DNA from: an uncultured Clostridia bacterium
GTDB lineage: Bacteria; Bacillota; Clostridia; Oscillospirales; CAG-272
Direction: 5' to 3'
Length of the DNA stretch: 64,000 bases
Assembly: GCA_944393415.1 (NCBI GenBank)
Contig: CALYAD010000028.1
Coordinates: 9,247 to 73,246, forward strand
Within the stretch, counting starts at the first letter, position 1. Each line of letters starts with the position of its first letter. Under the pieces are notes generated by a model. That model made no database searches, was not told the DNA's origin, and saw nothing but the letters and a program-made list of their open reading frames with translations. The translations under genes and the position numbers were made by a program. Below are positions 55,434 to 64,000 of this stretch, in pieces.

Positions 55434-56132
55434 CTAACTGTCTTTACCGTACATTTCCGCAAAACGGAGAACAACGCTGATATATTTTTTAGCCGTCGAT
55501 TCGGCAAAAGCCGGATAATCCTCGACCGAGTTTTCGTTTGCCGAATCCGAAATAGCCCTCAGTACCGCGAAAGGTTTTTTGTTTACATAACACACCTGAC
55601 CGATAGCGGCGCCCTCCATTTCTGTCGCTATTGCGGAAAAATCTTTGATTATACAGTTCTTTTTCTCGCTGGTCGCGACAAACTGATCTCCCGTGGCGAT
55701 CGTACCGCGCAGCAGAGGCATTCCCTCCGAGCTGACGCATTCAGCCAGCATATCTGTTAGCTTTTGGTCGGCATCTATGTAAATTATGTCTAGTCCGGGG
55801 ATAAGCCCTTTAGGATCTCCGAGCGCCGATGGGTCCATATCGTGCTGAACCACATTATTCGCCACCGCTATATCCCCTATCTTCAGTTCAGGGCTGAGTC
55901 CTCCGGCAACTCCGGTGTTTATGACAGCGTCCGGGTTAAACTCGAGTATCATGCTCTGTGCGCATATAGCCGCAAACACCTTCCCTATCCCGCATACGGC
56001 AGTCACGACTTCACAAGCTCCAAGCTTGCCTGACACAAAGCTTATCCCGCTTATCACCTTTTCACGCTTTTCGGTCATGAGAGAACGTATGCCCTCTATC
56101 TCGATATCCATCGCTCCTATTATTCCCAACAT
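55434..56132 (-). CDS. mtnN: 5'-methylthioadenosine/S-adenosylhomocysteine nucleosidase
   Basis: MLGIIGAMDIEIEG, the FSAIATEMEGAAIGQVC block, and 232 aa. Confidence 0.9.
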   Translation of the reverse strand: MLGIIGAMDIEIEGIRSLMTEKREKVISGISFVSGKLGACEVVTAVCGIGKVFAAICAQSMILEFNPDAVINTGVAGGLSPELKIGDIAVANNVVQHDMDPSALGDPKGLIPGLDIIYIDADQKLTDMLAECVSSEGMPLLRGTIATGDQFVATSEKKNCIIKDFSAIATEMEGAAIGQVCYVNKKPFAVLRAISDSANENSVEDYPAFAESTAKKYISVVLRFAEMYGKDS

Positions 56133-56210
56133 AATTACATTAAATCCTTTCTCAGCGGATCCTATCCATTTTAGTGCTTATTTTAATAACAGTATAACGA
56201 AATAAAATTA

Positions 56211-56242
56211 TAATAAAAAGCGCCGCTATAATGAACGGCGCT
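56211..56242 (-). terminator. intrinsic terminator after tRNA-Lys
   Basis: Minus strand AGCGCCG ttcattatag CGGCGCT followed by TTTTTATTAT. Confidence 0.75.
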
Positions 56243-56243
56243 T

Positions 56244-56319
56244 TGGTGCTCCATCGGAGAGTCGAACTCCGGACACCATGATTAAAAGTCATGTGCTCTA
56301 CCTACTGAGCTAATGGGGC
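56244..56319 (-). tRNA. tRNA-Lys (anticodon TTT)
   Basis: The reverse complement GCCCCATTAGCTCAGTAGGTAGAGCACATGACTTTTAATCATGGTGTCCGGAGTTCGACTCTCCGATGGAGCACCA folds as a 76-nt cloverleaf. Anticodon loop is CTTTTAA. There is one C3:A70 acceptor mismatch. Confidence 0.9.
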
Positions 56320-56342
56320 GCATCTGTACAGAGTACCTCATT

Positions 56343-56371
56343 ATAATACCACAAAGCGCGCGATTTGTCAA
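56343..56371 (-). promoter_or_regulatory. sigma-A promoter of tRNA-Lys
   Basis: Minus strand TTGACA (56371-56366), a 17-nt spacer, TATTAT (56348-56343). Confidence 0.65.
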
Positions 56372-56437
56372 GAGATTTTTTAATATTTTTAATATAATTT
56401 TTATTTTTTTCAAACCGCGCGCTGAGTTATGGCATTT

Positions 56438-56701
56438 TTACTCAGTTTTTTTCTCCGCCTCCAAGGCGGAAAAAATGGCTTTCGCAAGCTGATCCGCACA
56501 CGAGGTGCCCTTAATACCGCACTGATTTCCGCAAAGCAGCTCCGCTATTTCCCGCGCCTCCTTGCCGTCCACAAGCTTCGAGACCGCCTTGAGGTTACCG
56601 TTGCAGCCACCCTCAAATTTCACATTACTTATAATGCCGTTATCGATATCAAAGGAAATCCTGCGCGAACAGACCCCTTTTGGAGTATAATCAAATCTCA
56701 T
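56438..56701 (-). CDS. TSCPD-domain small protein (TIGR03905-like)
   Basis: 87 aa. MRFDYTPKGVCSRRISFDIDNGIISNVKFEGGCNGNLKAVSKLV...CGNQCGIKGTSCADQLAKA matches my memory of this family. Confidence 0.75.
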   Translation of the reverse strand: MRFDYTPKGVCSRRISFDIDNGIISNVKFEGGCNGNLKAVSKLVDGKEAREIAELLCGNQCGIKGTSCADQLAKAIFSALEAEKKTE

Positions 56702-56931
56702 ATAAATCTCCCATGCCGCCGCAGGCGGCCAAAAAACCGTTTAAATCGTTTTTATAGATATGAAAAATTTCCGTGTTTTGCCCGGCGGCTCGCTCAGAAA
56801 CCCTTTTTTCAAAAAGGGTTTCTGAAACTTCCCAAAAACTTTTCATAAAATAGTTTGAGACAAAACCCGGCTCCGAGTTTTAGCCGGACATGAAAAATTT
56901 TCGTTTACATAAGACCCTTTAATGTCTTTTA

Positions 56932-59571
56932 TTACTTAAGCATACCGAGCAGTATGCCTTCCGCTTCCTCCATGGCTTTCGGTACGTTTTCCGCGAGCTT
57001 TCCCCCGCTTTGCGCGCTGTCCGGACGTCCGCCGCCTCCTCCGCCGCATAAAGCCGAGATCTGCTTAAGCAGATTTCCGGCATGAGCGCCGCGGGCAACC
57101 GCCTCCTTTCCGCAGGAGCATACAAAGTTTATCTTTCCTTCGTTTAATACGGCGATCACGGTCACCGCCGACGGGTCAGAAGCCTTGATCTCGTCTGTCA
57201 GCATTCTCGCGGTATTTATATCCGTTCCGTCGCTCCAGCACGCTCTCATCAGTTTTAAACCGCCTGCATTCTTCGCGCTCTCTCTGACCGATGACAGCAT
57301 CATAGCCGCAAGTCTGCCGTTACACCTGTCGATTTCCTTCTGCGCGTTTTTAAGCTCAGCCATTACTCCGGTGGCTCTCTTCACTATATCCGCCGGATTG
57401 TTCGCCTTCAGCTCCTTTGCCGCCTCGTTTATCATGTCGTCCCGGTCTTTTAAAAGCCTGAGAACTCCGCGTCCCGTGGTTGCCTCTATCCTTCTTACTC
57501 CCGCGGCGACCGAGCTTTCGGATATTATTTTGAAAAGCCCCGCCTTCGCGGAATTGTCTATATGCGTACCCCCGCAAAGCTCTGACGAAAAATTTCCTAC
57601 CCTGACTACACGGACAATGCTTCCGTATTTCTCACCAAAAAGCGCCATAGCGCCCGTGGCTCTCGCGTCCTCTATCGACATTTCAGAGGTAGTCACATCC
57701 TCACCGAGAAGAATATGAACGTTTACGAGCTGTTCAACCGCTTCCAGCTCTTTTTCAGTCAGGGCCGCGTAATGCTTGAAATCAAAGCGAAGGCGCTCAT
57801 TATCAACATAGGACCCCGCCTGCTCCACATGATTTCCGAGTATCTCGCGAAGCGCCGCCTGCAGTATATGACATGCGGTATGGTTACGCTTTATCGCATC
57901 GCGCCTGAAAGAGTCTATCTCCATGCGCACCTTATCCCCTACCTGAATATCGCCGTTTGCCATTGTACAAAGATGCACATAGACTCCGTCTGTTTTCTGT
58001 GTATCCGTTACGGTTACGAGCGAATCATGGTCATATACCGTTCCTATATCGCCGACCTGTCCCCCGCTTTCCCCGTAAAACACCGTCTTATCGGTGATAA
58101 GGGAAAACTCTCCTTCAGTCACTCTTTCTACCTGTATATCGTCGGTTATTATTCCTATCACCGTCGCTTCACAGACATCTTTCGTATATCCGAGGAACTC
58201 AGTTTTAGGAAAAACGGTAAGCAGACTTTTTGAAGCCTCCGACCATCCTGAGATGTTGGCTCTGGATTCTCTCGCCCTGTTTTTCTGAACCGCCATCAAT
58301 CTTTTGAAAGCCTCTTCATCTATCCCAAGTGATTTTTCCAGAGCTATCTCTCGTGTAAGATCTATAGGGAACCCAAAGGTATCGTATAATCTGAATACCT
58401 CGCCCCCGTCAATAAATGTTTTCCCCTCGGCAAGCGCCTTTTTTATCAGATTTGAAAGAATTGCGTACCCGGCGTCTACAGTCGCGGCAAAGCGCTCCTC
58501 CTCTATAGAAATGATTTTTTTAATGTAATCGAGCTTTTCCGTCAGCTCGGGATATTCGCTGTAATTTTCCCGTGCCACTACGTCGGTAAGCCGGGAGAGA
58601 AAGAGACCATCGATACCGAGCATCCTGCCGTGCATAGCCGCGCGACGAAGCAGACGGCGCAGGACATATCCTCTCCCCTCATTTGACGGTACGACACCGT
58701 CGCAGACCATAAACACAGTCGAACGTATATGGTCGGTTATCACTCTCAGCGAGATATCGGATTTATGATCGTCTCCGTAGCCTACCCCCGCCCTTTCGCT
58801 GACCGCAAGCATAATGTTCCGAACAGTATCGACCTCAAAAAGATTATTTACCCCCTGCATTATGCAGGCAAGACGCTCAAGCCCCATGCCGGTGTCAATA
58901 TTCGGCTTGGCAAGCCTTGTGTAGTTATTGTTGCCGTCGTTATCGAACTGAGTGAAGACAAGATTCCAGAACTCCATAAACCTGTCGCAATCGCAGCCCG
59001 GTTTACAGTCGGGAGAGCCGCAGCCGAATTCCGGTCCGCGGTCAAAATATATCTCCGAGCAGGGTCCGCAGGGTCCTGAGCCGTGTTCCCAGAAGTTGTC
59101 CTCCTTGCCGAGACGCACTATGCGCTCTGCCGGGATCCCTATTTTTTTATTCCATATATCATATGCCTCGTCGTCCTCCAAATAAACCGTTACCCACAGC
59201 TTATCCTTCGGCATCCCCAGCCATTTATCCTCGGTAATGAACTCCCACGCCCAGCTTATCGCCTCGTTTTTGAAATAATCCCCGAAAGAAAAATTTCCGA
59301 GCATCTCAAAATACGTGCCGTGCCGTGCCGTGATCCCGACCCTGTCTATGTCCGGAGTACGGATACACTTCTGACAGGTAGTCATACGTCTTCTCGGCGG
59401 CTCCGCCTCTCCGGTAAAATATTTTTTAAGCGGCGTCATCCCCGCGTTTATCAAAAGTACTGATTTATCGTTTACCGGGACAAGCGGATAGCTTTTATGC
59501 CTCAAATGTCCCTTGGATTCAAAAAAAGTCAGAAATTTTTCACGTATTTCGTTTAGTCCTGTCCATTCCAT
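56932..59571 (-). CDS. alaS: alanine--tRNA ligase
   Basis: 879 aa. N-terminus REKFLTFFESKGHLRHKSYPLVP, the editing-domain HTACHIL motif, and a C-terminal DHHA1-like GGGGGRPDSAQ. Confidence 0.95.
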   Translation of the reverse strand: MEWTGLNEIREKFLTFFESKGHLRHKSYPLVPVNDKSVLLINAGMTPLKKYFTGEAEPPRRRMTTCQKCIRTPDIDRVGITARHGTYFEMLGNFSFGDYFKNEAISWAWEFITEDKWLGMPKDKLWVTVYLEDDEAYDIWNKKIGIPAERIVRLGKEDNFWEHGSGPCGPCSEIYFDRGPEFGCGSPDCKPGCDCDRFMEFWNLVFTQFDNDGNNNYTRLAKPNIDTGMGLERLACIMQGVNNLFEVDTVRNIMLAVSERAGVGYGDDHKSDISLRVITDHIRSTVFMVCDGVVPSNEGRGYVLRRLLRRAAMHGRMLGIDGLFLSRLTDVVARENYSEYPELTEKLDYIKKIISIEEERFAATVDAGYAILSNLIKKALAEGKTFIDGGEVFRLYDTFGFPIDLTREIALEKSLGIDEEAFKRLMAVQKNRARESRANISGWSEASKSLLTVFPKTEFLGYTKDVCEATVIGIITDDIQVERVTEGEFSLITDKTVFYGESGGQVGDIGTVYDHDSLVTVTDTQKTDGVYVHLCTMANGDIQVGDKVRMEIDSFRRDAIKRNHTACHILQAALREILGNHVEQAGSYVDNERLRFDFKHYAALTEKELEAVEQLVNVHILLGEDVTTSEMSIEDARATGAMALFGEKYGSIVRVVRVGNFSSELCGGTHIDNSAKAGLFKIISESSVAAGVRRIEATTGRGVLRLLKDRDDMINEAAKELKANNPADIVKRATGVMAELKNAQKEIDRCNGRLAAMMLSSVRESAKNAGGLKLMRACWSDGTDINTARMLTDEIKASDPSAVTVIAVLNEGKINFVCSCGKEAVARGAHAGNLLKQISALCGGGGGGRPDSAQSGGKLAENVPKAMEEAEGILLGMLK

Positions 59572-59628
59572 TTTGTGTTTATCCTTTCATTGCGACAACA
59601 AAATATCCTTAAAAAACCGTTTTCTGTG

Positions 59629-59657
59629 ATTATAACACCGCTTTGAAAAAATGTCAA
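59629..59657 (-). promoter_or_regulatory. sigma-A promoter of alaS
   Basis: Minus strand TTGACA (59657-59652), a 17-nt spacer, TATAAT (59634-59629). Confidence 0.75.
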
Positions 59658-59733
59658 GTCTGATAAAAAATTTAAATCGTTACTCCGCGCTTTTTGTCTG
59701 ATATTACGCGATCGTAGTTTTGAGCGCCCGATT

Positions 59734-60177
59734 TTATTGATTGTTTTCTATTTCCGTCAGCATATCCACACGCGTTTTATGTCTTCCTCCCATAAAATCC
59801 GTGGATAGAAATATCCGTGTTATTTCCTTGGCAAGTCCGGCTCCCGTTACAAGAGCGCCTATACAAAGTACGTTTGAATCATTATGGAGTCTTGTGTACT
59901 TTGCGCTGTAGCAGTCACCGCACAGCGCCGCCCGTATACCCTTAAATTTATTGGCGGCAATACTCATACCTATCCCGGTTGAGCAAATCAGTATTCCCCG
60001 GTCCGCCTCTCCTCCAAGCACACTGCGGCAGACCTTTTCCGCATATACCGGGTAATGCACGGACTCCTTTGAGTATGTACCTGCGTCGGTTACCTCAACC
60101 CCCAAATCGCGAAGAAGCCCTTTCAGTTCCTCCTTAAGCTCATAGCCGCCATGATCGCAGCCTATAGTTACCTTCAT
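59734..60177 (-). CDS. rpiB: ribose-5-phosphate isomerase B
   Basis: MKVTIGCDHGGYELKEEL...ILICSTGIGMSIAANKFKGIRAA. The internal ATG at 60177 is used; the longer track ORF overlaps tsaB and has a non-homologous N-terminus. Confidence 0.9.
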   Translation of the reverse strand: MKVTIGCDHGGYELKEELKGLLRDLGVEVTDAGTYSKESVHYPVYAEKVCRSVLGGEADRGILICSTGIGMSIAANKFKGIRAALCGDCYSAKYTRLHNDSNVLCIGALVTGAGLAKEITRIFLSTDFMGGRHKTRVDMLTEIENNQ

Positions 60178-60260
60178 TTTATTTCCCACCCTTTCTCTGA
60201 GAATTATACGGTTAACAAGCCGTTTATCGGTGTGTGGATCAGAATTTATATTATGAAAAT

Positions 60261-60974
60261 TTATCGCTGCTCCCTTTCCAGTCTGTCCCTCTCCGCCTGT
60301 GAGGCGCGGAGATAAACCGGGGAAAGCGCTTCCGGGGTGAATTCCTGTCTCTCCTTTTCGGTAGCCGACCAATATTTTCTGTAACCGAGAACGGCGGCGT
60401 TAAAAGCGTTGTGACGCCTCAGGTAATCCGGTATCTCCGGACAGTCAAGTGAGGAAAGCGCCCTTTTCGCGATTCCGCATCCGTCTCCTGTCAAAAATAT
60501 CTTATCCGTCCTGTTTTTGAGTTCATCGTACAGCTCATCCGCGCTTATCACCCTGTCGGGTGTCCGTCTGATAAGCTTACCGTATCCGTCCGCCTCAAAA
60601 ATCGCGTTATAAAGCTGTCCGCGGCGCGCGTCCATTACCGGACATATTATACCCTCTCCGACAAAAACGTTCATCGCAAGAGAATGAAGCGATGAAACCC
60701 CGACGCAGGGTTTATTATCAGTATACGCAAGCCCCTTTACCGTAGCGGCACAAATACGAACGCCGGTAAAGGAACCCGGTCCGTTCACGCAAACATACAT
60801 ATCTACATCCTCAGGTCTGAGTCCCGTGCTTTTCAGCAAGGTATCGGCTATAGGGAGAAGTGTTACGCTGTGAGTATTCGGCGAATCGGTTATTGTAAGA
60901 GCTATCAGCTTTTCGTTCTCCGTCAACGCTACCGCGGCTGTCTTTGCCGTGGTATCAAAGGCCATAATCTTCAA
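60261..60974 (-). CDS. tsaB: tRNA t6A biosynthesis protein TsaB
   Basis: KIMAFDTTAKTAAVAL N-terminus and the GPGSFTGVRI motif. The TTG at 60974 lies 8 nt after AGGAGGG. Confidence 0.85.
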   Translation of the reverse strand: MKIMAFDTTAKTAAVALTENEKLIALTITDSPNTHSVTLLPIADTLLKSTGLRPEDVDMYVCVNGPGSFTGVRICAATVKGLAYTDNKPCVGVSSLHSLAMNVFVGEGIICPVMDARRGQLYNAIFEADGYGKLIRRTPDRVISADELYDELKNRTDKIFLTGDGCGIAKRALSSLDCPEIPDYLRRHNAFNAAVLGYRKYWSATEKERQEFTPEALSPVYLRASQAERDRLEREQR

Positions 60975-61023
60975 AACGATCAGCCCTCCTCTCATTCAAT
61001 TTATATATTTCCCGATATAAGAG

Positions 61024-61479
61024 CTATGTATCCGCAAATCCGGGCGGCGGATCGGTTATCGTTATCTTACGCCCGCCCTCTTCGGTTTTTTCTATAGACA
61101 CTCTGACACACTCCTCCGGCAACGCATACGGAATATTTTCACTCCATTCTACCGCGATAACACATCCGGGAATTTCCGTAAGATCATAATAGCCGGTTGA
61201 ATAAAGATCGTCGTCGTCCTTTATACGGTACGCGTCGATATGGTACATAACGGTACGACCGTCCCTTGAGTACTCGTTAATTATCGAGTATGTAGGACTG
61301 CACACGCGGGCGTCAGGGCAAATGATTTTACCCATACCGCGGATAAACGAGGTTTTTCCGGCTCCGAGCTCTCCGTAAAACGCCACAAGTCCGCCGTCCC
61401 TCATCGAACGCGCGAGTCTTTGCCCCAGCTTTTCGGTATCTTCGCATGAGCTTGTAGTAAATATAAGCTTTTTTTCCAT
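61024..61479 (-). CDS. tsaE: tRNA t6A biosynthesis ATPase TsaE
   Basis: FYGELGAGKTSFIRG P-loop, SPTYSIINEY, and HIDAYR. Confidence 0.88.
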   Translation of the reverse strand: MEKKLIFTTSSCEDTEKLGQRLARSMRDGGLVAFYGELGAGKTSFIRGMGKIICPDARVCSPTYSIINEYSRDGRTVMYHIDAYRIKDDDDLYSTGYYDLTEIPGCVIAVEWSENIPYALPEECVRVSIEKTEEGGRKITITDPPPGFADT

Positions 61480-61609
61480 AGAAGCGTCCTTCCATGCACC
61501 CATATATCTAAATTATATATATTATAGCATAAAACAGTATAAAAGAAAAGGGCTTTTCAAAAAAATATTCTCTATTGTTAAAAATTTATAAAAAATTACA
61601 ATTAAGCCC

Positions 61610-61638
61610 TTTACAAAGACTTAAAAAAGTGATATAAT
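61610..61638 (+). promoter_or_regulatory. sigma-A promoter of tRNA-Arg
   Basis: TTTACA (61610-61615), a 17-nt spacer, TGaTATAAT (-10 at 61633-61638). Confidence 0.7.
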
Positions 61639-61677
61639 AACAACGTTTGATGATAGCCTTTCAGGTTTAATTCATAT

Positions 61678-61753
61678 CTGCCCGTAGCTCAGTGGATAGA
61701 GCACAAGCCTCCGACGCTTGGTGTCAGCGGTTCAAATCCGCTTGGGCAGGCCA
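61678..61753 (+). tRNA. tRNA-Arg (anticodon CCG)
   Basis: CTGCCCGTAGCTCAGTGGATAGAGCACAAGCCTCCGACGCTTGGTGTCAGCGGTTCAAATCCGCTTGGGCAGGCCA folds as a 76-nt cloverleaf. Anticodon stem is CAAGC/GCTTG, loop CTCCGAC, with an encoded CCA. Confidence 0.88.
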
Positions 61754-61762
61754 AGAAGACTT

Positions 61763-61925
61763 TAAGGGGGAGTTTTAAGCTCCCCCTTATGATTTTTTAA
61801 TTAAGAAAACCTTTTTGAAAAAAGGTTTTCTTAACAACTTTCCAAAAACTTTTCTATAAGATGTTTCTTCCCTTTAGAGAAGTTTTGGGGAGGTTTCAGG
61901 AACACTTTTTTCAAAAAGGGGTCCT
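61763..61925. repeat. cluster of palindromic hairpins (REP-like family) between tRNA-Arg and ygiQ
   Basis: TAAGGGGGAGttttaaGCTCCCCCTTA lies at 61763-61789, TTAAGAAAACCTTTTTgaAAAAAGGTTTTCTTAA at 61801-61834, and AGGAACACTTTTTTCAAAAAGGGGTCCT at 61898-61925. The spacer motifs CCAAAAACTTTTC and GAGAAGTTTTGGGG are shared with other copies. Confidence 0.8.
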
Positions 61926-61940
61926 AAGAAGAAAAGAGCA

Positions 61941-63878
61941 TTATTTTCTTTTCTTTGGCTTAGCCCAGCCTTTTCCGTAAGAAAAAGGCTTTTTTTCGTC
62001 GCTTTCGTTTTTTATCCTTTTTACTTTGGCAGCCGAAACGCTTCGACCGTTCATTTTATTTCTTGATCCCGCATTGCTTTCGGGTTTAACCAGACAGCTC
62101 TTGCCGTATCCGATAAGCTCGCTTCTCCCGCATTTTATCAGAGCCTCTCGGACAAGCGAAGCGTTTTTGGGATCTCCCCACTGCAAAAGCGCCCTCTGAA
62201 GCTGTTTCTCATGATAATCGGAAGCGGTATATACCGCTTTTCCGCTGAACGGATCAATTCCGGTATAGTACATAACGGTCGAAGCCGTACCCGGAGTCGG
62301 GTAAAAATCCTGTACCTGCTCTGGGGAATATCCCCATTTTTTAAGATACAGCGCAAGCTCTATCGCGTCGTCAAGAGTACTTCCGGGATGACTTGACATA
62401 AGATAAGGCACCAGATACTGCTCCTTCCCGATCTCCTTCGTTATTCTGAAGAACTTGTCCCGGAAGGCGTTATAAACCCCGATGCTCGGCTTCCCCATCA
62501 GACTGAGCACACCGTCGCAGCAATGCTCCGGCGCTACCTTGAGCTGACCGCTGACGTTATCCTTAACGAGCTTCCGGAAAAAGCTGTCGTCATTATCGTA
62601 CATAAGGTAATCAAACCTGATCCCCGAGCGAATAAAAACCTTTTTCACTTTGGGAAGAGCCTCAACTTTTCTTATCAGCTCCATATATTCCCGGTGATCG
62701 CAAACAAGGTTTTTACAAGGCTTCGGGGTCAGGCATTTAAGGTTGGCGCACACCCCTTCCCTCAGCTGCCTTTCACACGCGGGATATCTGAAGTTTGCGG
62801 TAGGTCCGCCGATATCGTGTATATACCCCTTGAAATCCGGCATCTCGGTTATTATTTCAGCTTCTTTTAATACCGACTCCTCGCTCCTTGATCTGACCGA
62901 ACGTCCCTGATGAAAGGCAATAGCGCAGAAATTACACGCGCCGAAGCAACCGCGGTTATGAGTTATCGAAAACCTGACCTCGCTTATACCCGGTATCCCG
63001 CCGTAAGAATCGTACATCGGATGATACCGTCTGGTATACGGAAGCGAATAGACCCAATCCAGTTCCTCTCTTTCAAGCGGAAGCATGGGTGGATTCTGCA
63101 CGAGCATTTTGTCCCCGTAATACTCTGTTACCGCTCTTCCCCTGACCGCGTCCGTTTCCCTGTACTGTGTGGCGAATGCCACCGCATATAGCCTTTTATC
63201 GGATTTCAGAGCGTCAAAATCATATCCGCCGACACTCTCAAAAAATACCTTGTCATCCCGCCCGGACAAATAAACCGTTCCTCTTACATCCCGTATTTTC
63301 TTTATCGGTACCCCTTTGTCAAGAAGCTCGGCTATCCTTATAAGTATGTTTTCCCCCATTCCGTAGGTAAGCAAATCAGCCCTTGAATCCACAAGCACGC
63401 TGCGTCTGACTCTGTTCTCCCAATAATCATAATGCGCAAATCTTCTTAAAGACGCTTCAAGTCCGCCTAATATAACGGGAACGTCGCCATAGGCCTGCCG
63501 TATCCGGTTTGTGTATACGATACACGCCCGGTCAGGGCGAAGTCCCGTTCTGCCTCCGGGAGAATAATAATCATAGCTTCGCCTGCGCTTCGCCGCCGTA
63601 TAGTGTGCAACCATGGAATCAATATTTCCCGCGCTCACAAGGAAGCCGAGCCTTGGCTTACCGAATTCTTTAAACGCCTCGTAGCTTCTGTAATCCGGCT
63701 GAGAAAGTATGGCCACGCGATATCCTTTCGACTCTAACACGCGTGATATTATGGCGGTTCCGAAGCTTGGATGATCCACGTACGCGTCCCCGGAAACATA
63801 AACGAAATCCGGCCTGTCCCAGCCCCTCGCTTCCATATCCTCCCGATTGACCGGCAAAAAACCGCTATTACCCGACAT
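61941..63878 (-). CDS. ygiQ: YgiQ-family radical SAM protein
   Basis: MSGNSGFLPVNREDMEARGWDRPDFVYVSGDAYVDHPSFGTAIISRVLE is the typical UPF0313 N-terminus, with the radical SAM motif CFGACNFC. The ATG at 63878 follows GAGGTGAGGTG. Confidence 0.88.
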   Translation of the reverse strand: MSGNSGFLPVNREDMEARGWDRPDFVYVSGDAYVDHPSFGTAIISRVLESKGYRVAILSQPDYRSYEAFKEFGKPRLGFLVSAGNIDSMVAHYTAAKRRRSYDYYSPGGRTGLRPDRACIVYTNRIRQAYGDVPVILGGLEASLRRFAHYDYWENRVRRSVLVDSRADLLTYGMGENILIRIAELLDKGVPIKKIRDVRGTVYLSGRDDKVFFESVGGYDFDALKSDKRLYAVAFATQYRETDAVRGRAVTEYYGDKMLVQNPPMLPLEREELDWVYSLPYTRRYHPMYDSYGGIPGISEVRFSITHNRGCFGACNFCAIAFHQGRSVRSRSEESVLKEAEIITEMPDFKGYIHDIGGPTANFRYPACERQLREGVCANLKCLTPKPCKNLVCDHREYMELIRKVEALPKVKKVFIRSGIRFDYLMYDNDDSFFRKLVKDNVSGQLKVAPEHCCDGVLSLMGKPSIGVYNAFRDKFFRITKEIGKEQYLVPYLMSSHPGSTLDDAIELALYLKKWGYSPEQVQDFYPTPGTASTVMYYTGIDPFSGKAVYTASDYHEKQLQRALLQWGDPKNASLVREALIKCGRSELIGYGKSCLVKPESNAGSRNKMNGRSVSAAKVKRIKNESDEKKPFSYGKGWAKPKKRK

Positions 63879-64000
63879 CTTTTGACACCTCACCTCTTTT
63901 TGCCCGCAATTTTTGTCTTTTAAGAACACATATCTATATTCCAAAGTTTTTGTCAAAAATTGCGATACGCAATATTTATTATACCCCTTAAAATAAGTTT

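Noticed and set aside
57185-58233. 177- and 172-aa plus-strand ORFs
   Set aside because: They are antisense shadows inside alaS.
60178-60372. N-terminal extension of the rpiB ORF (212-aa version)
   Set aside because: The extension overlaps the 3' end of tsaB and has no RpiB homology. The canonical MKVTIGCDHGG start is at 60177.

Overview
64-kb chromosomal window from a spore-forming Firmicute. The Clostridia-like call rests on gene content: SpoIVB, a DUF3794/LysM coat-type protein, PflB/PflA, T-box and ZTP leaders, and many textbook TTGACA-17-TATAAT promoters. All calls come from reading the sequence and ORF track and from remembered family motifs; no searches were run. Most of the window is housekeeping. 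It includes the yceD-rpmF-DUF512-der-plsY string, rpmB, dgt-dnaG-rpoD, yigZ, hflX, mtnN, alaS, rpiB, tsaB/tsaE, ygiQ, argS, yebC and three tRNAs. The left edge is the end of a TnpV-type mobile element sitting on the 3' side of tRNA-Leu(CAG). Five items stand out. (1) A divergent pair at 8.2-17.4 kb: a fused MacB/FtsX-type ABC transporter with a roughly 700-aa extracytoplasmic domain, facing a 1767-aa membrane protein. That protein has an acidic, repeat-bearing cytoplasmic tail ending in a clear ribosomal uL15 C-terminal-like domain. (2) A 1.2-kaa FGAM-synthase (PurL) homologue in which the remembered catalytic motifs are all replaced (HNHP loop, GAATG.GG.IRD, glutaminase Cys). It lies behind a long structured leader and overlaps a membrane-anchored LRR protein. 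(3) An orphan IclR / short (about 680 aa) glycyl-radical enzyme / activase cassette with a dehydratase-type GC.E thiyl loop and no pathway context. (4) Three tandem 49-bp pseudo-5'-halves of tRNA-Leu between a consensus promoter and the real tRNA. (5) A Tyr-specifier T-box controlling a sodium:solute symporter. Two dispersed hairpin-repeat families populate the intergenic regions. No CRISPR array, rRNA or transposase gene was seen.
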